Shown here piece after piece: positions 17,139 to 26,528 of a stretch of 64,000 nucleotides of DNA. Both the position numbers and the translations under genes were made by a program. The first letter of the stretch is position 1, and each line of letters opens with the position of its first letter. The notes under the pieces are model-generated. The model saw only the letters and a program-made list of their open reading frames with translations, ran no database searches and was not told where the DNA came from. Source of the DNA: Candidatus Abzuiibacterium crystallinum (GTDB lineage Bacteria > Omnitrophota > Omnitrophia > Omnitrophales > Abzuiibacteriaceae); assembly GCA_002787155.1 (NCBI GenBank), contig PCVY01000064.1, positions 10,475-74,474 of the forward strand. Reading direction: 5' to 3'.

Positions 17139-18242
17139 ATGCCTGCTTTATCCAACCCTCACCATGCGCGCTTTATGGCGCGGGCGCTTCAACTGGCGGC
17201 TCGCGGCAGGGGCCGTGTGAGCCCTAATCCTTTGGTGGGAGCCTGTGTGGTGCGCAACGGACATATCATTGCGGAGGGCTATCACGCTAATTTTGGCGGA
17301 CCGCATGCTGAAATCGTAGCGCTCAAGCGTTTGGGCAAAAGAGCAAAAGGGGCAACTTTATACGTCACACTGGAACCATGTTCCACTTGGGGTAAAACGC
17401 CGCCCTGTACGGATTTTATTCGGCAGAATGGCATTAAACACGTGGTCATCGGCTGCCAAGATCCTAATCCGCTTCATGCCGGACGAGGCATTCGTCTCTT
17501 ACGTCAAAAAGGCATTCGTGTGACTGCCAATATTCTGCGCGAAGAAGCCGTGAAACTAAATGAGGCTTTTGCCAAATGGATTAAAACACAAATGCCTTTT
17601 GTGATTTTAAAAATGGCCGAAAGTTTAGACGGTAAAATTGCAACCGAAACCGGGGATTCCAAATGGGTTTCCGGCAAAGCGGCACGTGAATGGGCGCATT
17701 CATTGAGAGCTTCGGTTGACGGTATTTTGGTCGGAAAAAATACCATTTTAAAAGATAACCCGCGCTTAACGGCACGTCACGGCCGTTTCAAAAGAACAAA
17801 CCCCTGGCGTTTGGTGCTTGATACCAAAGCTCAATTGTCAAATCGTCACCGCATTTTTCATCAATCCGGAACAACGGTTTTAGTTTGCGGCGAAAGTTAT
17901 CTCAACCGAGCGGTTCAGAAGCATCGTCGTTCTCATATCAGTGTGATGCCTGTTAAACTAAAGGATCAAAAAATTGATCTGCGTGAGTTAGTGATCAAAT
18001 TGGGCCGCTTAGGCGTCACGTCGCTTCTGGTGGAAGGCGGCGGTGAAACGGCAGCTAGTTTTCTAAAATCTCATTTGGTCGATAAAATTTATTTTGTGAT
18101 TGCGCCTAAGATTATCGGTGGAAAGCATGCCCCCACAGCCGTTGAGGGGGATGGCATTCGCTTGCTGAAAGAAGCTAAAACGATTTTGCGGGTACAAGTG
18201 CGCTTACTTGATCGCGATTTGCTGGTGGAAGGATACTGTTAG
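17139..18242 (+). CDS. ribD: Riboflavin biosynthesis deaminase/reductase
   Basis: PNPLVG, HAE, TLEPC..TPPC, SLDGKIA, VEGG. Confidence 0.97.
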   Translation: MPALSNPHHARFMARALQLAARGRGRVSPNPLVGACVVRNGHIIAEGYHANFGGPHAEIVALKRLGKRAKGATLYVTLEPCSTWGKTPPCTDFIRQNGIKHVVIGCQDPNPLHAGRGIRLLRQKGIRVTANILREEAVKLNEAFAKWIKTQMPFVILKMAESLDGKIATETGDSKWVSGKAAREWAHSLRASVDGILVGKNTILKDNPRLTARHGRFKRTNPWRLVLDTKAQLSNRHRIFHQSGTTVLVCGESYLNRAVQKHRRSHISVMPVKLKDQKIDLRELVIKLGRLGVTSLLVEGGGETAASFLKSHLVDKIYFVIAPKIIGGKHAPTAVEGDGIRLLKEAKTILRVQVRLLDRDLLVEGYC

Positions 18243-18243
18243 T

Positions 18244-18852
18244 ATGTTTTCTGGTATTATTGAAAAAATTGGAAAAGTCCGTCAAGTGCGGAAAAAAAAT
18301 GGCAGGGCGCTTGTGGAAATCGAATTCTCGCCTTGGCGCAACCGCCTCAAAATAGGCGAAAGCATTGCTGTTGACGGTACTTGTCTGACGGTGATCAAAT
18401 CAGGCAAACGTTTTTTTCAAGCCGAAGTGGTTAAGGAAACATTGGCGTGCACTACTTTGGGGCAGCTTCAGCCGCGGGGGCGTGTTAATTTGGAAAGATC
18501 TTTGAAATTAAATGATCGTCTGGGAGGGCACCTTGTGAGCGGCCACATTGACGGCAAGGGCGTCATTGTGAAAAAACTGAGACACGGGCGGAATTTCACT
18601 TACCAAATCAAAGTTCCTCAGGCCATGCAGTCTTTTTTGATTCCGAAAGGCTCAATTGCCGTTGACGGGATTAGCCTGACTTTACAAAAAGTGTTGAAAA
18701 ATACGTTTGAAGTTGCCATCATACCTCATACGGCTTATGTCACTTGCTTAGGCAGAAAAGAGGTTGGCCATTCAGTTAATTTAGAAGCTGATCTAGTGGT
18801 GAAACAAATAGATCAGTACTTAAAACGTTCAAAGAATCGGTCGAAACATTAG
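18244..18852 (+). CDS. ribE: Riboflavin synthase (alpha chain)
   Basis: MFSGII start, GTCLTV, GGHLVSGHID, VNLEAD. Confidence 0.96.
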   Translation: MFSGIIEKIGKVRQVRKKNGRALVEIEFSPWRNRLKIGESIAVDGTCLTVIKSGKRFFQAEVVKETLACTTLGQLQPRGRVNLERSLKLNDRLGGHLVSGHIDGKGVIVKKLRHGRNFTYQIKVPQAMQSFLIPKGSIAVDGISLTLQKVLKNTFEVAIIPHTAYVTCLGRKEVGHSVNLEADLVVKQIDQYLKRSKNRSKH

Positions 18853-18866
18853 AACAGCCATACTTT

Positions 18867-18971
18867 ACCCCGTACCACGGAAAGCGCCATTGTCGTGCGG
18901 AGAAAGTGGCGGGTAAATTTTTCTGATAGATTATTTCCTGAAGCTACGGCCGAGCAGCCGTGGTACGGGGT
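18867..18971. mobile_element. MITE-like element, 105 bp, 14-bp perfect terminal inverted repeats
   Basis: ACCCCGTACCACGG (18867-18880) and CCGTGGTACGGGGT (18958-18971); non-coding interior. Confidence 0.6.
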
Positions 18972-18989
18972 CACTAAAAGGAGACAGCA

Positions 18990-19352
18990 ATGAAAAAAGC
19001 AGGCGTGCTTGTGTTAGCGTTATTAATGATGGTACCGCCTTTGGTATTTGCCGAGTCATCAGAGGATGCCTCAGTGATGACTGGGAGTAAAAGCGGTGTT
19101 TGTTTTCAATGTCCAGCAGAAAAACTGGGTCGGGGGATGTCCAACATTGTTTATAGCACTTTGGAAACTCCTTATCGCATTGGCCGTGAGATGGAAGTTG
19201 CTAATCCGATTGCCGGTTTTACATCCGGTTTGGTGAAAGGCGTTTTCTGGACCGTTGGCCGCGCAGTTGTTGGCGTGATTGAAGTGGGTACTTTTCTCAT
19301 TCCGACCAGACCTTTGATGCATGAATTTGATGCTGGTTGGTGGACCGCTTAA
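18990..19352 (+). CDS. Exosortase system-associated protein, TIGR04073-like
   Basis: Signal peptide; KLGRGMSN..LETP and GRAVVGVIEVGTF; RBS AAGGAG. Confidence 0.7.
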   Translation: MKKAGVLVLALLMMVPPLVFAESSEDASVMTGSKSGVCFQCPAEKLGRGMSNIVYSTLETPYRIGREMEVANPIAGFTSGLVKGVFWTVGRAVVGVIEVGTFLIPTRPLMHEFDAGWWTA

Positions 19353-19353
19353 A

Positions 19354-19601
19354 ATCAGTTATCAGGGATCAGGGATTGGGGGACAGGTGTTAATGCTTAA
19401 TAATTCAGTTTCCTCTACAGGCAGTTTTTATCTTTAAAGTGTGTGAGAAAAGTTACCGAATGACTGAGTCAGTACAACAGGAACGATTAAGAAAAAGTTA
19501 AATTGAATACGCTAGTGCTGCAGTATTATTTTAAAGTCATTTTTTTTGTTAATGGTGATTATGCCGGCCTGATCCCTGATCCCTAATCCCTGTTCCCTGA
19601 T
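19354..19601. repeat. Two inverted tracts of degenerate 7-bp tandem repeats flanking about 180 bp of AT-rich DNA
   Basis: ATCAGGG-type units at 19354-19388; CCCTGAT-type units at 19567-19601. Confidence 0.75.
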
Positions 19602-20172
19602 GAAGTCTCCACAAACCAAACCCAACCGCGATCCCGAAGTCTTAAAAAAGAAAAAAGGTTTAATCCTGGTTTACACCGGAGACGGAAAAGGTAAAACCAC
19701 CGCTGCGCTGGGGGTTGCTTTTCGTGCGCTTGGCTGGGGAATGAAGGTAGCCATGATTCAATTTATCAAAGGGAATTGGAAATATGGCGAAATGAATTCG
19801 GCAAAGCAATTCGGGGGTCACTTTGAACTCATTCAAAAAGGTGAGGGGTTCACTTGGGATACGCAAAACCCTGAACGTGACAAGCAATTGGTGAATGAAG
19901 CATGGGCGCTCTGCCGCGAGAAAATGTTAAGCGGTCAATATCAAGTGCTCATTTTTGATGAAATCAATTATGTCATTGATTATGGTTATTTAGACGTGAA
20001 GGAAGTAATCAAAGGTTTACGCGAGAAGCCCGAGAGCGGCCATGTTATCCTGACGGGCCGCAATGCTAAGAAAGAATTAATCGACATGGCTGATCTCGTG
20101 ACCGAAATGGTTGAAACCAAGCATCCTTTTAAAGATCAGAAAATTCCCGCTCAGAAGGGTATTGATTTCTGA
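19600..20172 (+). CDS. cobO: Cob(I)yrinic acid a,c-diamide adenosyltransferase
   Basis: YTGDGKGKTTAA, QFIKG, GEGFTW, DEINY, LTGR, KHPF. Confidence 0.96.
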   Translation: MKSPQTKPNRDPEVLKKKKGLILVYTGDGKGKTTAALGVAFRALGWGMKVAMIQFIKGNWKYGEMNSAKQFGGHFELIQKGEGFTWDTQNPERDKQLVNEAWALCREKMLSGQYQVLIFDEINYVIDYGYLDVKEVIKGLREKPESGHVILTGRNAKKELIDMADLVTEMVETKHPFKDQKIPAQKGIDF

Positions 20173-20190
20173 TGCTTAGCAGAACTCTTC

Positions 20191-20219
20191 TTGACAATTA
20201 ATTTTGAGGCGTGTAATAT
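20191..20219 (+). promoter_or_regulatory. Sigma70-type promoter upstream of cobalamin riboswitch
   Basis: TTGACA-17 bp-TAATAT. Confidence 0.6.
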
Positions 20220-20269
20220 TTCACTCGCTCAGGATTTATTGAGTCTGAGTTGATCTTTTTAAAATTTCA

Positions 20270-20430
20270 ATCCGTTGAGACAAGTGAGGGAAGTGCGGTG
20301 AAAAGCCGCCGCTCCCCCGGAACGGTAAGTGCAACGAAAGCGATGGAGTTCCACTGCTCGTGGTAACGCACGAACGGGAAGGAATCGTGACTAGGAAAAA
20401 GCACAAGCCCGGAGACCTCAGTCTTGACTA
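20270..20430 (+). promoter_or_regulatory. Cobalamin (AdoCbl) riboswitch
   Basis: AGGGAA..CGGTGAAAAGCCG..CCCCCGGAACGGTAA, CCACTG, GGGAAGG, B12 box AAGCCCGGAGACCT; lies between cobO and a TonB-dependent receptor. Confidence 0.93.
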
Positions 20431-20564
20431 ACCAGTGGTTCGGCTTGATTAAAATTGGCAACTGCCAATTTTAATCTTCGCTCACCAAGTGTTGAGCGAA
20501 CTTACAAAGTAAGTGAGTCGAAGCACCAGTCTCTCGTAAACTTTACGCGGGTAAAGGAGCAGAA

Positions 20565-22880
20565 ATGAAACGCATTTTCTCTTTCCACAGTATTTTTCTC
20601 ATTGCACTCTGTTGCTTTCTATCTCATTCAATTGTTTTTGCTGAATCTTCTACGCAAAATGATGCTTCAGAAACCGAAAGCACTTTAAAAGATAAACTTT
20701 CGGAAGCCAAAGATAAATTAACCGACGTTATCAAATATCCTTTTGAAGTCCTTAAAAAACCCATTGATGCTTTGAAATTACCAACTCTTGTTTACGGTAT
20801 CCTGCCGGTATCTGCTTCACGTTTACCTGGTCTCGTCAATCAAATTCAGGATTTTCCTAACAATATTACACTCAAAGATTCAGTTGAATTAGCTAGAACA
20901 AAACCTTCCACATTTCAAGAGGCTGTGCGTGATGTGGAGGGAGTGTTGACTTACGACCAAGTAGGGAATGGGTTAGATGAAACTTTTGGATTGCGAGGTT
21001 TCCCGGATGGCTCACTGATTTTCTTAGTCGACGGTGTCCGCGTAAATGAGATTGACGGAGGCGTTGTCAATTATCCTTTGGTCCGAATGGAAAACATTGA
21101 TGCCATTGAAATAGCACCTGGTTCTTCATCAGCAGTCTATGGTTCTGGTGCATTTGCGGGCGTGGTGAATGTCACAACACGCCAACCCAGTGAAAAACCG
21201 GTCACTTTCTTTGGCGGCGTCGAATGGACAAGTTTTCGCGGTATTCGTTTTCGTGATGGCCTGAGCGGCACTTTGGAAGATAAATGGTCGCCTTTGGGCG
21301 GTAAGCTTACTTATTATTTTAATGGGGCACGTGATCAAGCCAAAGGATTTCGTAACAACGGTGAATGGCGAATCACTTCTTTTGATTTGAAAACGGGTTA
21401 TGAATTGCCGGATGAAATAGGCGGAATCCGTTTTGGTTTAAAGTATGTGGATGATGCTACTTCGAATCCAGGCGCTCTCACTTTGGATGAATTTCGCCAA
21501 AATTGGCGTCAATCAATCACAGATTTGGATGGCCGCAAATTTAAGAATACAATTTTGCAATTGGATGCTAATCACAAATTTTGGGGTGAGCGTTTAAACG
21601 CGTCCATTCAAGCGTCTATTCGCCGTAATCGGATTGAGTTTATAACGACTTCAAGAACATTTACAGATTTTACGGATGGCTTTAATCCGGATACTGATTT
21701 GGTGAGCGTTAGAACACGTGAGAAAAATTTAATTGGTCAATTAAGTTATGATCACACATGGGGCTGGTTCCGTAACCAATCATTAATTGGGTTTGAATTA
21801 AACCGAGCCATGAATCACGATAAAGAACAAGATGCCTTTGGTGGTCATGTGGTTGAAACCACAGCGCTTGAAGATTTGAGAAGTTCAGAAGTGTCAAACG
21901 TAGGTCTTTTTTGGAATGAAAGACTTCATTTAAATGAATGGATTATTGGTCATTTTGGCATCCGGAATGATCATTATTGGTTGGCAATGGTCAATGGCCT
22001 CAATCATGCTAAGGATTTAAATCGTCATTGGCATAGCACCAATGTTTCCACCGGTTTAGTTTTGAAGCCCATCGAATCAATTGATTTATTCGGAAACTAT
22101 TCAGAAGCATTTCGCATCCCATCTCTTAGCGATTTCAAAACTTTTGGAGATGATTTGCCGCCTAATCTTAGACCTGAAAAATCTGATAACTTTGAATTGG
22201 GAACCAGGTTACGTTACCAAGATAAGGCATCTTTTAAGTTAAGCTATTTTGAAATTATTACACGAGATGAAATCTTGTTTGATAGTTCGGCCATCACAAA
22301 TTCTAATCCGTTTGGCCGTAATATCAATGCCGGCAAAACCAGACGCAACGGCATTGAGACCAGGCTTGATTTACATCCTATTGACGAAGTAAATTTCTAC
22401 GGTACTTATACTTATGCCCGAGCTAAAATACGAAAAACGGTTGACGATGCTGCTTCATCAGGCGCGCCATTCTTGAATCGGCCTTTGGGTCAAGTCCCGC
22501 AACATCGTTTTACAGTTGGTATGACTGCACGTCCATTCAAACGCCTAGGTCCTAAATTTGAAGGATTCCAGTTACACATGGATGGTGTGCTGGTGGGTAA
22601 GCAATTTATTCAATCATTTGAGAGTACGACGCAAAGTTTATTAAACGGTGCAGGATCAGGTACGATTAAACCTTATGCCGTTTGGAACTTAAAATTATCT
22701 TACGAATTTAAAAAGAAAGAGCTTTTCTTTAAAATTAACAATCTTTTCGACAAACGTTATTATTCGCGTGCCGTTGCAGCGACTTCATTTGGAACTCTTT
22801 TGAGTCCAGCCGGCGATTATTTATTTGTCAACCCTGCTGCACCGCGTGAATTTGTGCTAGGTTTTAATTATGAATTTTAA
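20565..22880 (+). CDS. TonB-dependent outer-membrane receptor, probably for cobalamin (BtuB-like)
   Basis: Plug motifs LVDGVRVN and SAVYGSGAFAGVVNVTT; NNLFDKRY; terminal Phe; downstream of B12 riboswitch. Confidence 0.92.
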   Translation: MKRIFSFHSIFLIALCCFLSHSIVFAESSTQNDASETESTLKDKLSEAKDKLTDVIKYPFEVLKKPIDALKLPTLVYGILPVSASRLPGLVNQIQDFPNNITLKDSVELARTKPSTFQEAVRDVEGVLTYDQVGNGLDETFGLRGFPDGSLIFLVDGVRVNEIDGGVVNYPLVRMENIDAIEIAPGSSSAVYGSGAFAGVVNVTTRQPSEKPVTFFGGVEWTSFRGIRFRDGLSGTLEDKWSPLGGKLTYYFNGARDQAKGFRNNGEWRITSFDLKTGYELPDEIGGIRFGLKYVDDATSNPGALTLDEFRQNWRQSITDLDGRKFKNTILQLDANHKFWGERLNASIQASIRRNRIEFITTSRTFTDFTDGFNPDTDLVSVRTREKNLIGQLSYDHTWGWFRNQSLIGFELNRAMNHDKEQDAFGGHVVETTALEDLRSSEVSNVGLFWNERLHLNEWIIGHFGIRNDHYWLAMVNGLNHAKDLNRHWHSTNVSTGLVLKPIESIDLFGNYSEAFRIPSLSDFKTFGDDLPPNLRPEKSDNFELGTRLRYQDKASFKLSYFEIITRDEILFDSSAITNSNPFGRNINAGKTRRNGIETRLDLHPIDEVNFYGTYTYARAKIRKTVDDAASSGAPFLNRPLGQVPQHRFTVGMTARPFKRLGPKFEGFQLHMDGVLVGKQFIQSFESTTQSLLNGAGSGTIKPYAVWNLKLSYEFKKKELFFKINNLFDKRYYSRAVAATSFGTLLSPAGDYLFVNPAAPREFVLGFNYEF

Positions 22881-23286
22881 ACATTTATGTTTTATTAGTC
22901 TTTACTTGGCTTGGTTTGGCATTGGTTTCTTCTTGCCGAAACTAACCATGGCCATTGTCTTTGCTTCCGAAGGGCAAGCGGTGTCAAACACGTTTGTAGA
23001 AGCGGTTGTGATGTCCGATGAACAGCGCCGTTATTTTGATCCCTTACCGGTGTACCCAACCATATCACGGCGTACGGGTGAGGAAGGGCGCGTGGTGATT
23101 GAATTTACCATCTTACCCAATGGCAATACGGCTAATCAGTATATTGTTCAGTCTTCCGGTCACGACCATCTTGATCAGGCTGCCTTGGCGGCTAGTCAGA
23201 AATGGCATTTTGATCCGGTCCAAATTGATGGGCATGCGATATCATCTACACGGCGAATCCCTATAGAATTCAAGCTGAAAAATTGA
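22870..23286 (+). CDS. Short energy transducer TonB family protein
   Basis: N-terminal TM; YP..SRRTGEEGRV, SSG..LDQAA, WHFDP. Confidence 0.88.
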   Translation: MNFKHLCFISLYLAWFGIGFFLPKLTMAIVFASEGQAVSNTFVEAVVMSDEQRRYFDPLPVYPTISRRTGEEGRVVIEFTILPNGNTANQYIVQSSGHDHLDQAALAASQKWHFDPVQIDGHAISSTRRIPIEFKLKN

Positions 23287-23333
23287 ACTTTTACCTCAAA
23301 GATTACCGCCTGGTCTATAAACCCCTTCTCAGC

Positions 23334-23362
23334 TTGACTTGCCCTTCCGTACAGTTTAAAAT
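23334..23362 (+). promoter_or_regulatory. Sigma70-type promoter
   Basis: TTGACT-17 bp-TAAAAT upstream of ORF 23397. Confidence 0.55.
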
Positions 23363-23396
23363 GCATTTAGCAAATTCTTAATAGACGAGTACTTAA

Positions 23397-23738
23397 ATGG
23401 AAAATACCTCAAAACAGCAAACAGAACCATCAGCCGAGATCCAAGAAGGTAAATTCTTTGCCATTAGCGGCTATCTTTTCGTCCTGTGTTTTGTACCGCT
23501 TTTACTTAAGAAAGACAATAAGTTTGCCCAATTTCATGGAAGGCAAGGCCTTGTCCTGTTTATCTTTGAATTGGCGGCTGCGATTGTTAAATCCGTACCG
23601 GTCATCGGCGATGTTATTTTCTCTTTTGCTTACGTCATCTTTGGCATTGCTTCCTTGATCGGTATTGTCCGCGTGTTGATGAATGAATACTGGGAAATGC
23701 CCCTGGTTCACAACATCGCACGTAAAATAACATTATAA
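23397..23738 (+). CDS. DUF4870-like small membrane protein
   Basis: AISGY..FVPLLLKKDNKFAQFHGRQGLVLF; three TM segments. Confidence 0.75.
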   Translation: MENTSKQQTEPSAEIQEGKFFAISGYLFVLCFVPLLLKKDNKFAQFHGRQGLVLFIFELAAAIVKSVPVIGDVIFSFAYVIFGIASLIGIVRVLMNEYWEMPLVHNIARKITL

Positions 23739-23785
23739 TATTCCGTTTGATTTGCAAATATCTTGTTTGAAAGGAAGGACATGTC

Positions 23786-25303
23786 ATGCCTTTTGGAAAG
23801 AAAAAGCCGTCTGAATCAACCGCAGAATACACTCTCGTTTTAAATCCTGTTCGTAGCGAGTTATCAAAAAGCCGCATGATCGAACGTATTGCACAGGTGT
23901 TTCCGCTTGGTGTTGAAGAAGCCGCAGATTTGGTTGAAAACACACCGATCATTTTACTCGAGGGATTAGACAGAGAAACCGGCGATCAAGTCAGGCTTTA
24001 CTTTACGGAGACAGGTGCTGATTTGATTCTGACGGATGACAAAGCTTTCCAAAAACGCTGTTTCAGAGCCATTTGGCCGTCTCCGCCAACCTTTGATTTC
24101 TTGCAAACTTCATCCGTATCCGAAAGAAAAGATGTGCCAGCGGAGCAAACGGCGTCAGAGGAAGAGGATGTTGCCAAACTTTTTTCGCAAGCCTCATCTT
24201 TAAGCGAATCATCAAGCCAGGAAGATACTTATTTGCCGCCCGGCCCTCAAACGGTCAAAGAAGATGTTTCATTTTTTCAAACGGAATCTGCTCAAAACGA
24301 AGAAACGTGGGATCGCGACCAGCTTAAAAATATTGAACGTGAAACAGAAGATGCGCTTTTAGCCAAACGTGTAACAGATTTGACGCAGGAGAAAGAACGT
24401 TTACAAGAACTCCTCTTGGATTTGCAGAAGGAAAATGAGGAATTGCGTCATGAAAAAACCAAATTTGCGTCCGAACAGACCAATGAACGTGAAAATCAAG
24501 AGATCGAACGCCGGCATTTGGAAGCCCGTTTAAAATCGGAAGAAACTTCGCGCCAGGAAGAAAAAGAAACACGTGATGCGCAGTTATCGCAACTCAATTC
24601 GATTACCGAAAATCAAAAACTTGAATTGTCTCGCTTAGAAAAAAAATTGTGGGAAACAACCACATCGCTTGAATCGCGTCAAACCGAGATTGAACAATTA
24701 AGAGGAGAACTTCAAGCGGGACGCTCAGAAATGGACGTTATCAAGCAATCCCTTCGGGCAGCCGAGCAGCGAATTGCGAGCCAAGCAGCCATTGACGGGA
24801 ATCGCGTTAAAGAATTGGAGCAGAAAATCCACGAAAAAGAAGCCGAGCTAACCACTTGGCGCCAAAAAACAGAAAATTGGTCCAAAGCACATGCTTCTTT
24901 AAATCAGGATTTACAAATGCTCAGGCAAAAATATATTGGCGAAATTGAACAATTGACCAGTCGGCAAAAGGAATTACAAATGCAATTGGAAGTGGCTCAA
25001 CGTCAAATTCGGGAATTTAACAGTATTGCCGAACAGCAGGAAATGGTCAACCGGAAAAACCAGATTGCGGCACAACTCATTCAAAAAGAAAATCGTTTGA
25101 AAGAGTTGAAACAGCAGGAAGAAATGATTAAGCATGAAGTCACGGAACGGCAGGAAATCATGCAAACTTCCCGGGAAGAACAACAAACACTTGAGGAAGA
25201 AATTATCAAAGACCGCCAAGCGCAAAAGTTTCTTCTCGAACAACTCAAACTGAAAGACAAAAGCCGCACTGCTCCGGGTGAACGATTTCAGGTTAAGAAA
25301 TAG
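23786..25303 (+). CDS. Hypothetical protein: L7/L12-CTD-like N-terminal domain plus long coiled coil
   Basis: LGVEEAADLVENTPIILLEGL..GA resembles the L7/L12 C-terminal domain; E/Q/K-rich heptads over about 320 aa. Confidence 0.7.
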   Translation: MPFGKKKPSESTAEYTLVLNPVRSELSKSRMIERIAQVFPLGVEEAADLVENTPIILLEGLDRETGDQVRLYFTETGADLILTDDKAFQKRCFRAIWPSPPTFDFLQTSSVSERKDVPAEQTASEEEDVAKLFSQASSLSESSSQEDTYLPPGPQTVKEDVSFFQTESAQNEETWDRDQLKNIERETEDALLAKRVTDLTQEKERLQELLLDLQKENEELRHEKTKFASEQTNERENQEIERRHLEARLKSEETSRQEEKETRDAQLSQLNSITENQKLELSRLEKKLWETTTSLESRQTEIEQLRGELQAGRSEMDVIKQSLRAAEQRIASQAAIDGNRVKELEQKIHEKEAELTTWRQKTENWSKAHASLNQDLQMLRQKYIGEIEQLTSRQKELQMQLEVAQRQIREFNSIAEQQEMVNRKNQIAAQLIQKENRLKELKQQEEMIKHEVTERQEIMQTSREEQQTLEEEIIKDRQAQKFLLEQLKLKDKSRTAPGERFQVKK

Positions 25304-25309
25304 TTATCC

Positions 25310-25732
25310 ATGCCAGACGAACAACCCATCGAACTTGTTTTAAGTAAAATCAAGATCGACGAAAACCGCAGCGAACAAATTATCATTTTAAAAGAGAAAA
25401 ACGGTTCCCGCTATTTACCGGTCGTGATTGGCATTGCAGAAGTCAATGCCATCAAACTCAAACTAAGCGGCATTGAACCGCCTCGCCCGATGACCCACGA
25501 TCTCTTATTGCGCGTCATTGAATCGATGGGGGGTGCGCTGGAGGGGATTCTCATTAATCGATTAGAAAATAGCACGTTTTACGCCAAGCTGCTTGTCACG
25601 CGTAACGGAAGCGGTGAAGCCATCGAGATTGATGCTCGACCTTCTGATAGTATTGCACTCGCGTTAAGGGCCAATGCCCGTATCGAAGCCAATCCTAGCG
25701 TTTTGGATCAAGCGGGGGTTGATGGTTTGTAG
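25310..25732 (+). CDS. Bifunctional nuclease (DUF151) family protein
   Basis: LPVVIG..E, PPRPMTHDL, IDARPSDSIALALR. Confidence 0.93.
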   Translation: MPDEQPIELVLSKIKIDENRSEQIIILKEKNGSRYLPVVIGIAEVNAIKLKLSGIEPPRPMTHDLLLRVIESMGGALEGILINRLENSTFYAKLLVTRNGSGEAIEIDARPSDSIALALRANARIEANPSVLDQAGVDGL

Positions 25733-25743
25733 GCAGACGGTTT

Positions 25744-26463
25744 TTAAATCCTTAAATTCCAACCATGGTTTGAATATTTTTCTCTCACCAATCGTTCGAC
25801 TTCTTTAAGCGGTATTTTTGATAAAGGCGCATACGCGCCCCAATTTAATTGAAGAGCATTTTTGATAGCTTGCACATTCAAAGAAACATTGGTCAGAAAA
25901 TCTTGATGCGAACGTTGATGGCGGTACTCCGGTTGGCGTTTTGGATTTTGTAAATATTTTGAAATCTTTGCAATATCAAAGTTGATTAAAAAAGAACCAT
26001 GAAACAAAGCGGCATAACGGCCGCGCCGTTGTGCATTGCCGGAGAACTTCAGGTGATTGATGGCGAGGTCGGTAATGCCTTCCACAGTTACCTCTTGAGA
26101 CAGGAGGGAGCGGAAGACAGCTTGATGCTGTTGCATGATCCAGTGATTGGTTTGGGTGATGTTACGCGAATCAGGGCCCGTTGACAGGGCAGTGATTAAT
26201 GAAAAATTTAAACAGCCGGGTCCCTGCAAAACGGTACCGCCGCCGCTCATGCGGCGCAAAATCGAAATGCGGTCTTGCGCGCAGGCGTCCAAAATAACAT
26301 CAGCAGTGTGATGGCAGCCGTAGCCTAAAACGACAAAATATTGTTCGGGCTGCCAAAACCGGAGAATTTCTTTAGGCGTTTCTTGGTCACACCCGTTGAG
26401 CAGAGCCTCATCGAGGGCAAGATTTTCTTCGGGAGACGGTAAAGTTAGATCGATAAATTCCAT
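25744..26463 (-). CDS. Lipoate-protein ligase A family protein
   Basis: NLALDEALL, RRMSGGGTV, KFSGNAQ, HGSFL; divergent from PDH operon. Confidence 0.92.
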   Translation of the reverse strand: MEFIDLTLPSPEENLALDEALLNGCDQETPKEILRFWQPEQYFVVLGYGCHHTADVILDACAQDRISILRRMSGGGTVLQGPGCLNFSLITALSTGPDSRNITQTNHWIMQQHQAVFRSLLSQEVTVEGITDLAINHLKFSGNAQRRGRYAALFHGSFLINFDIAKISKYLQNPKRQPEYRHQRSHQDFLTNVSLNVQAIKNALQLNWGAYAPLSKIPLKEVERLVREKYSNHGWNLRI

Positions 26464-26528
26464 ATTTCGATTTTATGCAAATTAGTGTATATTATAGGCT
26501 CATTTGGCTGGATTAAAACTGGAAAACC

